Under the pieces are notes generated by a model. That model was given only the letters and a program-made list of their open reading frames with translations. It ran no database searches and was not told where the DNA came from. Shown in pieces: positions 21,685-33,512 of a DNA stretch of 39,531 nucleotides. The DNA is from Octopus bimaculoides (taxonomy: Eukaryota), in contig NC_068999.1 of the NCBI RefSeq assembly GCF_001194135.2, positions 24,597,065 through 24,636,595 on the forward strand, given 5' to 3'. Position 1 is the stretch's first letter. Each line of letters opens with the position of its first letter. The position numbers and the translations under genes are program-made.

Positions 21685-21750
21685 TACTTTATTCTTTTAT
21701 TCTTTGACATGTTTCTTCCTTATGGCTGTGTCCACGCTGGAGCACCGCCA
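21685..21750 (-). mobile_element. SINE family B tail fragment
   Basis: TACTTTATTCTTTTATTC...GCTGGAGCACCGCC. Confidence 0.55.
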
Positions 21751-21789
21751 GTGTAATCACCTTTTCAATGGTCAATGTTATGTGATTGG

Positions 21790-22199
21790 CTCTTTAGTTC
21801 GACACTGCTGCCCTCATTTGGGTCTCCTACCTTGGTAATGATTTATCTGGGACCTTGGATAGCAGGAGGTCAAGTTATTCCTTGAAAATATCTAGGGCCC
21901 TTGAATCCCAAACTATTGTAGTACATGATCCTCACTCTAGACGGGATAGCTAAGACCGTTGGAACAGTGCAGTAATATCGATACCAAAGTTTGGTGCCTG
22001 CTCTTCCAGAACCTTCCATACGTATATCGCTGCATACCTCTTTAGATTGTGCTATCTGTATGTTTGTGTCTTATAAACCTAATTCAGATACAACATCAAC
22101 TTTTCAGACGCTAATGGTCTGGAACCTCTAATAATCCACTCCAATTTACGAGTAAGACCTTCAGACTAATACCTTGCACAGTATTAATAAACTTGTACC
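21790..22199 (-). mobile_element. CR1/L2-like LINE 3' fragment, decayed
   Basis: Minus-strand frames give LKRYAAIYVWKVLEEQAPNFGI, YYNSLGFKGPR and FKE*LDLLLSKVPD...RAAVSN, matching the post-RT C-terminus of CR1-group LINEs. Confidence 0.65.
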
Positions 22200-22207
22200 A
22201 TTTATAC

Positions 22208-22454
22208 TAGTGGTTCTCAACCTGGATCCGTATGACCCTGGGGGTCCTTATAAGGTTCTGTTGTTAAAATTTATGTGCAATAAATTGATTATACTTCTAC
22301 AGTAAACAAAATATGTTAATGATTTTTTTTAGATAATTTTTAATAATATTTAAGTATAATAGGATATTTTTAAACACCGAATAGCTATGAAGGTCCACCC
22401 GAGTAAAATAGGAACCAAAGGGGTCCATAAGTAAAAAATGGTTGAGGACCACTG
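22208..22454. mobile_element. hAT-Charlie type MITE (MER5-like ends) with 8-bp TSD
   Basis: TIRs TAGTGGTTCTCAACC / GGTTGAGGACCACTG. Perfect TSD ATTTATAC (22200-22207 and 22455-22462) fits the NTNTANAN Charlie target pattern. Confidence 0.9.
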
Positions 22455-23479
22455 ATTTATACTAATGTACAGGTACCTATATTTCATTTAACTAATTAAT
22501 TTAATTTAATATTTGCTTAATTTAGTGTGTTGACCAAAGTGACCATCCCTGCTCCGAAAAATCAGTAATCTGGAAAGGCTTTGGAATCAAAGGCTCTGGA
22601 GAATCGATGTTGTACAAGTAATTGGTGTATTCAGTATCTTATTTATTGTTGATATCTTCGGTTTCTTTCATATATCTTATGTTTCATTAGTCGTTATGCT
22701 ATCATTATTGTGGATGTTGTGAGTGTCTTCACTCTTATACAATGTTGTTTTCAATGTGCTAAATATTGTTGACAATTGTCTGTCCTAAATGATTTTAGTA
22801 TCTTCAGTATTTTTGTATCTTACATCCTTCTGGTATCAGTGCACCTCATATATATTCTTGATGTCTGTGTGTCTTACAAACTGTTGGTATCTTGAGTATC
22901 TCGTACATACATACATACATACATACATACATACATAGACACATACATATATACATACATACACACATACATTAATACATACATACATACATACATACAT
23001 ACATACATACATACATACATAAATACACGTACACACATACACACACACACAAATACTGCTGATCTCTTTCGTGTCTTATATATTGTGTCTTCATTGTCTT
23101 ATATACTGTGAGTCAACAACAACAAAAAAATTGGTTTAATGAACACAAATATTAGTGTTCCGCTACTAATCCAAATATTGTTTCATCGTTTTAGTAATTA
23201 CTACAGCGTTGTTATATTGCGCTGATGGGATTAACTTCTACTTATGGAAGCTGGAGAACCACTTAAAAGCTCGGATCTTCTTAACAGGATACATTTGAGC
23301 GTCAGTAAGAAAAATGTCATGTCGTAAGTGTATATTGGAAATAGGAACAACTGATACATCAGCAGCGACAGCAACTTTTAGACGTTATTTATCTTCTAAA
23401 GACCAACATCTACGCACCTATTATATCGTCTGGCTACACACTCCACATCTTTGGACAGTCGTCTCATCACATGACTCTC

Positions 23480-23900
23480 ATCATTTGCACAACACTCTCC
23501 ATCCTTTTACCTCTGCTACTTTAAACCACTTAACTGGTCAGAATTCGTCCAGTTCTAACACTGACTGCCCTGGTAGCAAATATGGTTTACTCTCAACCTA
23601 TGCGAATCAGCGAAGCAGATGACTGATTCTACCTTCCAAGGTATATCTCTTGGCATCTCTGACGTAATTAAAGTCCCAAAATGGTTCACCAGCAGCCACA
23701 TCGCAACACTAAATGTGATGGGTACTGCTTCCATCGCATAAAATCACCCGACACCAATCATTAGAAGACATTTATCCATTCACGCAAATTCTTCCAGTAA
23801 CCATTAGAAAAGCAAATAGAGTCTTCATGCAATTTCAACTGCTTCCAAATGCAGTAGCTCTTTCTGGTCTGTTGTTCTTAATCAACCATGCGGAATTATC
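23480..23900 (+). mobile_element. Possible highly decayed LINE endonuclease/linker fragment
   Basis: Patchy motifs only (SSSNTDCPG; IKVPKWFT; SSFW). Confidence 0.25.
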
Positions 23901-24545
23901 CAACCCACACATCCTCAGTCAAGGTATCTCTGTTGGCAGCACTCATCTAGGATAGTTTCCACATTTGCTGTCTTCTACGTCGCATACATTCAACAAAATT
24001 CATCTTAAACTTTCCTTGTCCACTCCACCAGTCTCACATTACATACATGCAGTCTTAAAATGCGAAAAATCTGCCAGTTACTCTAACTTCATATTTCCTA
24101 AAGTGAATTCCGTGAAAAACAATTTTAAATTCTGGTGTTGTACAAGGTAAGCTGTTTTTTAATAAATTTTAATAAAACCTTATTTTATACTAAAATGGCA
24201 TTCTCCATTTACAAAATAAATTGCTTATCTATTTTATATGAATAAATTCTTTCTGAAACATTTTTTTATTTAATGTAATGGCTTATTTCAATTTAATATT
24301 TAATTGAATGTGTCATGAAAATTAAGGTGGCGGAAGTTCTCCATAATTTATAATAAATAGGTTTCGAGATTCTTGGAAAGCTGCTTAAGGGTTTCGAGAC
24401 AATATGAGTCTGGAAAACAGTGCTCTAATATCACAAACAATTCCGACGGTATTCCTTCCACTCCATCTATCCAATGCATCTCAGAACTAGATCCTTATCA
24501 AGCTATTCGGTCTTTCTCTACAAAGATTAGTGTCAATGTATGTGA

Positions 24546-24590
<45 letters not shown>

Positions 24591-24869
24591 TGTGTGCACG
24601 CGTAAATGTATGTCTGTGTATGTACACACTCACGCTCGGGCACACATATTTATACACATATTTCCAGTTTATGGAAACACAATATGCCCACCCCACCGAT
24701 TGGTATATTACTATCATTTCCAAAGAGAGCATCTACGTGTTCGCTTGACTTGATAATATTAGCTGCCAAATCCCCCTCAAATCAAAACCTATCTTAGAAA
24801 ATAGCGCATAGGATAATGAAGTTCTGCAATGCCATATCTAGAGGACGGGGTACTCATGTCTGGAACGCC

Positions 24870-24911
<42 letters not shown>

Positions 24912-24958
24912 CCGTAGTACCTCGGTTTACGAACGCCTCTGATCACGAATAAATCGTG
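24912..24958 (+). mobile_element. Solo Tigger/pogo-like terminal repeat
   Basis: TA|CCGTAGTACCTCGGTTTACGAACG resembles Tigger CAGT...CCTCG ends. No partner end was found. Confidence 0.5.
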
Positions 24959-24981
24959 ATTTATCTATACCTATATCTATG

Positions 24982-25051
<70 letters not shown>

Positions 25052-25124
25052 TACATATCTGTGAATGTGTTTGTGTCTGTGTCTCCGGCGCTTATCAACC
25101 GATGGCGATTTGTTTATATCTCTA

Positions 25125-25216
25125 TCTTAGCGATTTGGCAATTCAGAATGTAAAGATGGACGAAATGCCGCTAAGCATTTTGCCCGGCGTGCTAACGATT
25201 CTGCCAGCGCACCACC
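25125..25216 (-). mobile_element. Head fragment of Nin-domain SINE (family C)
   Basis: GACGAAATGCCGCTAAGCATTTTGCCCGGCGTGCTAACGATTCTGCCAGC is nearly identical to 39347-39398. Confidence 0.8.
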
Positions 25217-25481
25217 CTGAATTGTGTATTATATTGTAGATGATTTACGTGTGTGTGTGTGTGTGTGTGAATGAGAGAGAGAAAGAAAGAGTGCGTGTGA
25301 GTGTGTGTGTATGGATGGATGTATATAGACGTATCTTTTGATCTGTCAGTCCTCGATCTTATGAACATTGTTGATACAGGTGCCTCCACCATGTGGCTGC
25401 ATGCAAGAGAAGAACAAAGGAACAGAGACGGTTTTAGGCAATATTTTCGATAAGAGTTTATTTAACTGCATGGCTGAAATG

Positions 25482-25600
<119 letters not shown>

Positions 25601-25883
25601 TATAAGTTGCATTAAATTTTATTGCATATAACTGAAACAAATATCAGACCGTCTGCTAAAGTTTGGAAAGAGATTGTTTGGACAAAATAGAATTTGTTTT
25701 TTAGATTGGGAACCACAATCTAGGATGTTAAAATGGAAATTTGAAGAGATTATCGAATACAAACACATACACACACATACACACATACACACATGCGCGC
25801 GCACGCACACATATATGATAAATGTTTTGGAATAGCCATCTCTCATGACACAATAATTATCTTTTAATATTTTCTTAATTTTT

Positions 25884-26220
25884 CTTCTGTTAGCATGCCG
25901 AGCGAAATACCTGGTGGCATTTTGTCCGTCCTTGCGTTCTGAGTTAAAAAATCATCGAGGTTATCGACTTACCTCCAGCCCTGAACTTGCCGACCGTGTG
26001 CCAAGATTTGAAATCAATATTTCCTTACTTGTTTCTCGTTGGTACGCTTAGCAGCATTTCGTTCGTCTCTACGTTCTGAGTTCAAATTCCACCGAGGTTG
26101 ACTTCGCCTTTCATCCTTCTGGGGTCGATAAAATATTACCAGTTGTGCACCGGGGTCGATGTAATCTACTTGACTCTTCCCCCAAAATGCTGGCATTGTG
26201 CAAAAATTTGAAACCAATAT
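25884..26220 (+). mobile_element. Two tandem partial Nin/Deu-domain SINE copies (family C)
   Basis: GTTCTGAGTT(C)AAA occurs twice. The second copy has GCCTTTCATCCTTCTGGGGTCGATAAAA..TACCAG, the Nin/Deu-domain pattern. Confidence 0.75.
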
Positions 26221-26459
26221 TTTAATTTTTGGCATAATCTGTTTCTTCATACAACAGAAGTGACCATTCTAATAATATTTTTTATTTCAAAGTGTCATGT
26301 TTTTCACATTTTTGGCCCGTCCCCACCGCAACATGTGAGTGTAGGTTCCCCACTTCACTTTTGTTGGTTGGGTTGCAGTGAATTTTCCCATTATTTTGTA
26401 GTTTTCTTGTGTTTCAAGCAACTCACATTACAATATACTCCCACAAATTTTTCAGAAGT

Positions 26460-26945
26460 GTCTCTTCTAGCGAAGTACATCAACCTAGAACCGTATCCCA
26501 AACACTTGGGTTTCTATTAAGCACCAGAAAATGCATCAACCCTAAACAATTGTTGGTACTCTACAAAGTTCAAGTGATGCCCATAATGGAGTACTGCACC
26601 CACACCGCCGGAATGCATTTAGAGAACCATTTCACTGATTGCCATTAAAGTCCCTCACTGACACGCTCCAGCCTTTGACCTATCGGCGTACCACTATAAT
26701 GGCCTGTCGTTACTATGATGGTCTCTGTTCCTCGGAGCTGGCTGGTCATGTACCGCCTCCATTCGTCTCGCTACTTCTTATCACTCCTGTTTTTGTGTCC
26801 AAGTCCCTCAGGTCCCCACAACTATCACTACGCAACCCCTGCATCTCCAGAGCACTGTACCTCTGGAATCTCCTCTTTACTCATGTCTTCGATGCAAATG
26901 TTGACTTGCAACAGCTTAAACAGACCATAAACGGCATCAACGTGA
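26460..26945 (+). mobile_element. CR1/L2/Jockey-group LINE RT C-terminal fragment, decayed
   Basis: SQTLGFLLSTRKCINPKQLLVLYKVQVMPIMEYCTH; LQPLTYRR..RYYDGLCSSELA; R..ALWNLL..HVF..N.DLQQLK. Confidence 0.75.
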
Positions 26946-27151
26946 CTGATTTCGGAGGAGCTGCAAAGGTTGGGAGCCCTGCCACTTCCTCCAGATTTAG
27001 AACTACGAAATAAGGGACAACTATTTCAAAAGACTTTAAAATTTCATTTTGCAACTTTTTATATCCGCGAAGAAAGCCTGCATATGGTTTCTCGATCTGC
27101 TAAAAACAACAATCAAACCGTATTACAAGAGTTTATTTTTTTTATCTCTCT

Positions 27152-27566
27152 TTCCTTTACTTGTTTCAATCGTTAAACTGCGGCTATACTGGGGTACCGC
27201 GTCGCGTTGAAGAATTTTAGCGAACGAATCGATCCCAGTATTTATTATTTTTTATAAAACCTAAATCTTATTCTATCGGTCGCTTCTGCTGAACGGCTAA
27301 GTTACGGAGACACCAACACAACACTGGTTATCAAGCTATGGTGGGGGAAAACACGGACACAAAGATACACACACGTACCCACCCACTCCCATATATGTGT
27401 GTGTGTGTATCCGATGGTCTTTAAGTTTCCGTTTACCAAATCCACTCACAACACTTTAGTCTACCTGAGGCGATAGTAGAAGACACCTGCTCAAGGTATC
27501 ACGCAGTGAGACTGAACTCGGAACCATGTGGTAGAAGCAAACATTTTACCACACAGCCACGCCTGC
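27152..27566 (-). mobile_element. Full composite SINE (B module + short microsatellite + A head), ungapped
   Basis: TTTACTTGTTTC...GCTATACTGGGG...CACACGTACC...GTTTCCGTTTACCAAATCC...CCACACAGCCACGCC. Confidence 0.85.
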
Positions 27567-27985
27567 GCTCTCAGGCGTGGCTGTGTGGTAAGAAGTTTTA
27601 AAATGCAATAAAACATGCATTAGAAATCTATTGGGTAGATAGACCGGAAATTTTTGAGAGTACCAAAAATGTTTATTTATTATTTATTTTAGAATGGTAA
27701 TTTCATTTGTTTGAAATGCAAGAATATTAAGAAATGAAGAAAAATTCAACTCTGCCAACAAAACGATTAGAGTGTGGGGAGGTTACACCGAAATTGGGAG
27801 AGGAGCAAAACTGTGTAAAGGAATGGAACTTTGTATAAGGAACAGAGACCATTATAGTAGCGACGAGCCATTACAATAATACGCCCAAAGGTCAGAGGCT
27901 GCAACGCGTCTGTGAGTGACGTTTTTTTTTTTTCTCAGTTGTTTGAAAGACAGGAATTCTGAAACAATATATGAATAAAATAAAG

Positions 27986-28145
27986 GGTTGGCTGTGTGGT
28001 TAAGAAGTTCGCTTTGTAGCTACGTGGTTCCGGGTTCAGTCCCACAGTGTGGAATCTTGGGCAAATGTCTTCTACTATTGTCTCGAGTTGACCAACATCT
28101 GGTGAATGAATCTGAAGGACGAAAACTGAGTGGAAGCCCGTCCTA
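27986..28145 (+). mobile_element. SINE family A head
   Basis: TGGCTGTGTGGTTAAG...GGTTCAGTCCC...CTTGGGCAAATGTCTT...GAAGCCCGTC. Confidence 0.8.
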
Positions 28146-28146
28146 T

Positions 28147-28447
28147 ATTGCTCAGTAGTTAGGGTATTCGGCTCACAACAGTAAGGCAGCGAGTCCGTTT
28201 CCTGGCGGCGCGTTGTGTCCTTGAACAACACACTTTATTTCACGTTGCTCCAGCCCACCCAGCTGGTAAAAGTAAGTTGTACTTGTAATTGAAAGGACCA
28301 GTCTTCTCACATTCTGTGTCCCGTTGAATCTTCCTGAGACCCACATTAAGGTACGCGTGTCTGGTGAGTAATCAGCTACACGCATTTTAATTTCCACTGA
28401 ACGGATCAACAGGAATACTCGTCGTGTAACCACCGACAGTGTGCCAG
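28147..28447 (+). mobile_element. tRNA SINE with Meta/V-like central domain and the 3' module shared with family D
   Basis: TTGCTCAGTAGTTAG A-box-like; GTTGTGTCCTTGAACAACACACTTT...CCACCCAG central motif; tail CTCGTCGTGTAACC..CGACAG. Confidence 0.7.
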
Positions 28448-29640
28448 GCACATCATATATATATATATATATANNNNNNNNNNNNNNNNNNNNNNNNNNN
28501 NNNNNNNNNNNNNNNNNNNNNNNNNNNNNNNNNNNNNNNNNNNNNNNNNNNNNNNNNNNNNNNNNNNNNNNNNNNNNNNNNNNNNNNNNNNNNNNNNNNN
28601 NNNNNNNNNNNNNNNNNNNNNNNNNNNNNNNNNNNNNNNNNNNNNNNNNNNNNNNNNNNNNNNNNNNNNNNNNNNNNNNNNNNNNNNNNNNNNNNNNNNN
28701 NNNNNNNNNNNNNNNNNNNNNNNNNNNNNNNNNNNNNNNNNNNNNNNNNNNNNNNNNNNNNNNNNNNNNNNNNNNNNNNNNNNNNNNNNNNNNNNNNNNN
28801 NNNNNNNNNNNNNNNNNNNNNNNNNNNNNNNNNNNNNNNNNNNNNNNNNNNNNNNNNNNNNNNNNNNNNNNNNNNNNNNNNNNNNNNNNNNNNNNNNNNN
28901 NNNNNNNNNNNNNNNNNNNNNNNNNNNNNNNNNNNNNNNNNNNNNNNNNNNNNNNNNNNNNNNNNNNNNNNNNNNNNNNNNNNNNNNNNNNNNNNNNNNN
29001 NNNNNNNNNNNNNNNNNNNNNNNNNNNNNNNNNNNNNNNNNNNNNNNNNNNNNNNNNNNNNNNNNNNNNNNNNNNNNNNNNNNNNNNNNNNNNNNNNNNN
29101 NNNNNNNNNNNNNNNNNNNNNNNNNNNNNNNNNNNNNNNNNNNNNNNNNNNNNNNNNNNNNNNNNNNNNNNNNNNNNNNNNNNNNNNNNNNNNNNNNNNN
29201 NNNNNNNNNNNNNNNNNNNNNNNNNNNNNNNNNNNNNNNNNNNNNNNNNNNNNNNNNNNNNNNNNNNNNNNNNNNNNNNNNNNNNNNNNNNNNNNNNNNN
29301 NNNNNNNNNNNNNNNNNNNNNNNNNNNNNNNNNNNNNNNNNNNNNNNNNNNNNNNNNNNNNNNNNNNNNNNNNNNNNNNNNNNNNNCACACACACACACA
29401 CACACACACTCACACACACACGGGACTTATTTCCTTTCCGTCGTTATCTAAGAATTATCAAGTGAATTTGTTGTTATGGTTATTTGATACGCTATAAGTA
29501 TTCAAATATCTCTATGTGATCGCTGCTATTTTTTTGCTGGCCATCTTTCGGTTGTTGTCTCAAAAATGTCAAAATGAACAGCTGGTTTTGTTCGTTAGTT
29601 TCCGTAATTTTTTAAATTTATTTATTTACTTTTGCTTTAA

Positions 29641-30846
29641 ACCTTGGTCTACCAGAGAAAATGTATGTCACTAATTACCAACTGGGTCCAATGGACCCAA
29701 TAATATTCTGTTAATTAAATTTTATTGAAACTATCACTATTTCTTAGCTACATTATATATACTATCACTTATATCAGTCATGTTGTAGAATATAACCATA
29801 GGCCACCTTCGAGTCATTCTTTTGCAAGTGTATGTCTTTACCGTCTTATCTAGAATAACTACTCCTTTTGTTTTGTTGTAACATGTAATAACTTCAGGTT
29901 TATTTTCAGCACTTTTTAAATCAGTTGAAGGCTGAGAGTGCATTGTACTCATCAGTGTAACAACATAATTTTTCTTGGGACAATAAGATAGGATCATAGC
30001 ATCATAGAATCCTTTTTTCCATTTGTGAGAGCACTTGGAAGTTCAACTCTGTTCTTTCTAATTGTTCCAACTAAAGTAATTTTCTTGCTAAGCAGTTTTT
30101 AAGCCAATCTTAGACTTGCAAAAAAAAAAAAAAAAAGTATCACAAGTTATATTGCGACCAGTATTTTCAAGTTCTCTTACTAGGTCTCCAACAACTCTTG
30201 GACCTTGATTTGTCTCTCTCTCTTTTACTGGGTCTTTTCCAGTGTAGATTTGCATTTTACAGACATAAGATGTTTCACTGTTGCATATTGCTCAAACTGT
30301 AATCCCATATTTCCCTGGTTTTAAAGGAATATATACCCGGAATGGGCAGTGCCCTCTGAATGAAACTAATTGTTCATCAACTGTCACGCATGAACTTGGA
30401 ACATATCCATCTTGCAAATTCTGATTCCACATTTCAAATACTTCTCTTGTGGGCTCCAATTTATCATTACTTCTCTCTTTTTTTTTTCTTCTTGCACTAA
30501 CATCATCAAAACGCAATACTTGTAAAATCTGTTGAAATCTTCCCTGGCTCATAATTTTGTTGAATATTGGGCGGCCATCTTCTTGACTCCATAACTGTGT
30601 GACATTTTCATGTTTAGATTTATGAACATCCATAAGAATAATCAGTCCAATAAATTTCTTTAGTTCAGAGTGATCCATTTCCTTCTATTTATCTTTGTGA
30701 ACAACCTGACCATCAACATTTGTCCATTTATGAATTACTTCAAGAAGATTCTGGTACATAGTAAAACATGTTTCAATGCTATCACAAGACCTTTTAGCAA
30801 AACAGGATGGTTCACATTCTTGGTGCACAATATTGCAAGATGAAGT
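29641..30846 (-). mobile_element. piggyBac transposon remnant (3' terminus retained, 5' part lost in N-gap)
   Basis: TTAA at 29637-29640 followed by ACCTTGG, and subterminal palindrome TGGGTCCA-A-TGGACCCA (29683-29699). Transposase motifs TVDEQLVSFRG.CPFRVYIP.KPGKYG, RNITCD.FF and YNKTKG.V.ILD. Confidence 0.9.
29737..30846 (-). pseudogene. piggyBac (PGBD4-like) transposase pseudogene
   Basis: Stop codons, a poly-T frameshift at the DNFFT motif (~30119-30136), and the third catalytic D changed to V. Confidence 0.9.
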
Positions 30847-31543
30847 NNNNNNNNNNNNNNNNNNNNNNNNNNNNNNNNNNNNNNNNNNNNNNNNNNNNNN
30901 NNNNNNNNNNNNNNNNNNNNNNNNNNNNNNNNNNNNNNNNNNNNNNNNNNNNNNNNNNNNNNNNNNNNNNNNNNNNNNNNNNNNNNNNNNNNNNNNNNNN
31001 NNNNNNNNNNNNNNNNNNNNNNNNNNNNNNNNNNNNNNNNNNNNNNNNNNNNNNNNNNNNNNNNNNNNNNNNNNNNNNNNNNNNNNNNNNNNNNNNNNNN
31101 NNNNNNNNNNNNNNNNNNNNNNNNNNNNNNNNNNNNNNNNNNNNNNNNNNNNNNNNNNNNNNNNNNNNNNNNNNNNNNNNNNNNNNNNNNNNNNNNNNNN
31201 NNNNNNNNNNNNNNNNNNNNNNNNNNNNNNNNNNNNNNNNNNNNNNNNNNNNNNNNNNNNNNNNNNNNNNNNNNNNNNNNNNNNNNNNNNNNNNNNNNNN
31301 NNNNNNNNNNNNNNNNNNNNNNNNNNNNNNNNNNNNNNNNNNNNNNNNNNNNNNAAATTGGTTATTTTCCCTAAAACTATATATATTTTATATATACTTT
31401 ATCTATAAGGCTCAATTTAATTTTAATTTTTTATAAATTGATTTTAATTGAGTCTTTTACCTGTAATTTTGGATTTTGTCCCTAATAATATTATTATATA
31501 TATATATATATATATGCATGTGGATATATATATATGCATGTGG

Positions 31544-31584
<41 letters not shown>

Positions 31585-31601
31585 CATACATACATACATA
31601 A

Positions 31602-31642
<41 letters not shown>

Positions 31643-31648
31643 CAGACA

Positions 31649-32864
31649 CACAAACACGACAGAAGTAAATAGGAACCCTTATAATCATTAACATTTCTTT
31701 AAATCTGAAATTATACATTCAAATTATTTATCAATTATCATAATGTGAATATCCAATATTTAGTAGACCTGACCTTTGCATTTTTCAATGCAAGGATCTT
31801 ATAAGGCGTGCTACTGATCAGATGACGAGTATTTTCTTGGGGAATTTCTTACCAAGTTTCATGCAGCAATCTCAAAAGATCTGGCTTTGAGGATGCTTTC
31901 TTGTTCTTTTTATGAATTTTCCTGTCCATTATGCCTCAGAGGTGTTCAATAGGGTTCATATATGGTGACTGGCTTGGCCATGGAAGTTTTTCAATGCCAT
32001 TTTTTACCAACCAATCTTGGGTCTTATAACCGTGTAACAAGGAGCCCCATCTTCCATAAATAGTCTTCTTTAATCATTTCACCATTGGAGAAAATTGAAA
32101 GGAGTCCTTTCTGTAATATGGAGACATATTTATCTGAGTTTATGTTTCAATCGCATTCCACCAGCTCTGATTGACCATTGCTTCAAATTGCTCCCCAGAC
32201 CATCACAGAATACCTGCCTTATTTCATTGTTGGCACCAATCTTTTCATGTCAAATTCTTTATCACAGAGTCTCCAGACCACACTCGACCACTGTCAGAAA
32301 ATACAGCAAACCTGGACTCATCAGATAATGTGGTAGTGTCCCAAAATGCCAGCGGCCACTCCGTCATCTCACTGGCCCAATCTTTTCTCATCTTGATATT
32401 GGCTGGTTGAAGAAATGATTTCCTATTTGCTGCTCTGCCATTGTAGCCAAGTTTGTAGAGATACCTGACAGCTGTACTGCGACTGACATCAACCTGTTTT
32501 GTTATGTCAGAGGCCTTGCAATAAGGTCTTGCAAAAGGTCTTGTCAGAGGGCCCTGGTCGACCTGGCCAAGGTGATGTGGACTCCTTCCCCTCTCTAGTG
32601 AATTGCAGTCATTCTATTAACTGTAAAAAGCAGGATCCCAAGGTTTTCTGCATTTTATGCTAAGTCCACCTTCAGACTGACCCACAAAACAGTCTCTTTG
32701 AAATTTGGACACTTCCAAGGTTTCTTTTGTACGTGGCATGATTAAGCAGTCACATATAGAACCCAAAACACAAAAATGTCCATTAATAAAGAATCTAAAA
32801 CTTTTCAAGTTAAAATAAATATAAAACAATGTTTTATGGGTGTCTATTAACTTCGGTTATGTCA

Positions 32865-32867
<3 letters not shown>
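31649..32867 (-). mobile_element. Tc1 (DD34E) transposon, full length but decayed
   Basis: Degenerate 30-bp TIRs (22/30 match; 31649-31678 and 32838-32867). Both ends are embedded in (CA/TG/TA)n tracts. Confidence 0.8.
31753..32739 (-). pseudogene. Tc1 transposase pseudogene
   Basis: MPRTKE...GRP...LSDESRF...SVMVWGAI...EDGAPC...WPSQSPYMNPIEHL; D-34-E spacing after correcting a 1-bp deletion; multiple stops. Confidence 0.88.
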
Positions 32868-32895
<28 letters not shown>

Positions 32896-32936
32896 TGTGT
32901 GTGTCTTTGTATGTGTGCATATATATATATATGTAT

Positions 32937-32972
<36 letters not shown>

Positions 32973-32981
32973 GTATGTATG

Positions 32982-33392
32982 TATTTCTAGCAGTGCTGGT
33001 ACCTCGTACCACTTTGTGCCCTTGTCACCTTAGTGATGTTTATAAATTTGCTTTTAGGTTTTAATTGCTAATATGCCAGCTACATTATTTATAGTATACA
33101 CTTCTACCGTTTTGAAATAGCACATGCTTTCAATGGTTTTTCTTATAAGTTGACGAGGCGAGTTAAGCTTGACCCTAGGCGCAGTAAGATCCACTGACGA
33201 GAATTGAGATGTTATGCATCAGAATTCAAAATCACGTGATATGGGTATACTGCTTCTTCAGTAGGGAGCTCTGTTTCCTTCGTCAACTTACTAAGTTAGT
33301 GCTGTTTGTGGCTAATGAGTCGTTTTGACTCATATTTCTAGCAATGCCCGTACCACTTTATATCCTTGTCACCTCAGTGACGTTTACATATG
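32982..33392 (+). mobile_element. Hammerhead-containing non-coding element (retrozyme/pLTR-like), copy 2
   Basis: 351-bp period (TATTTCTAGCA at 32982 and 33333), ~60-bp terminal direct repeats, enclosing helix 33146-33158/33278-33290, and homology to 18747-19162 (-). Confidence 0.8.
33181..33253 (+). ncRNA. Type I hammerhead ribozyme with G12-to-A core substitution
   Basis: GCAGUA-AG-AUCCA-CUGACGA (33194-33200)-GAAUU-GA-GAUG-UUAUG-CAUC-AG-AAUUC-AAAA (33228-31)-UCACGUGA-UA, cleavage between 33241 and 33242, then UGGGU-A-UACUGC. Confidence 0.85.
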
Positions 33393-33431
33393 CGTATATA
33401 TACTATTACTACTACTACTAGACTTCAAAAC

Positions 33432-33512
33432 CAAGTACTGGGTTCTATTTCTTCGCCTAAACCTTTCAGGGAGGTGCTCAGGCATGGCCGCAGCCCAATA
33501 ACTAATACAGGC
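33432..33512 (+). mobile_element. Degenerate SINE family B tail
   Basis: AAGTACTGGGTTCTATT...GGTGCTCAGGCATGGCCGCAG. Confidence 0.55.

Noticed and set aside
22740-22815. Minus-strand CUGAAGA...GAAA
   Set aside because: The stem III register does not give A15.1-U16.1 and there is no stem I.
22560-22905. Possible R4-like RT fragment on the minus strand
   Set aside because: Only vague similarity; it cannot be supported without a search.
23860-23925. Minus-strand CUGAGGA...GAAA
   Set aside because: No supporting helices.
24053-24152. Possible exon ending at a strong donor AAG|GTAAGC
   Set aside because: One open frame but no recognisable protein and no partner exon.
33250-33265. Minus-strand CUGAAGA suggesting an antisense (ambisense) hammerhead in the ribozyme element
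   Set aside because: No GAAA after the helix, and it is absent from copy 1.
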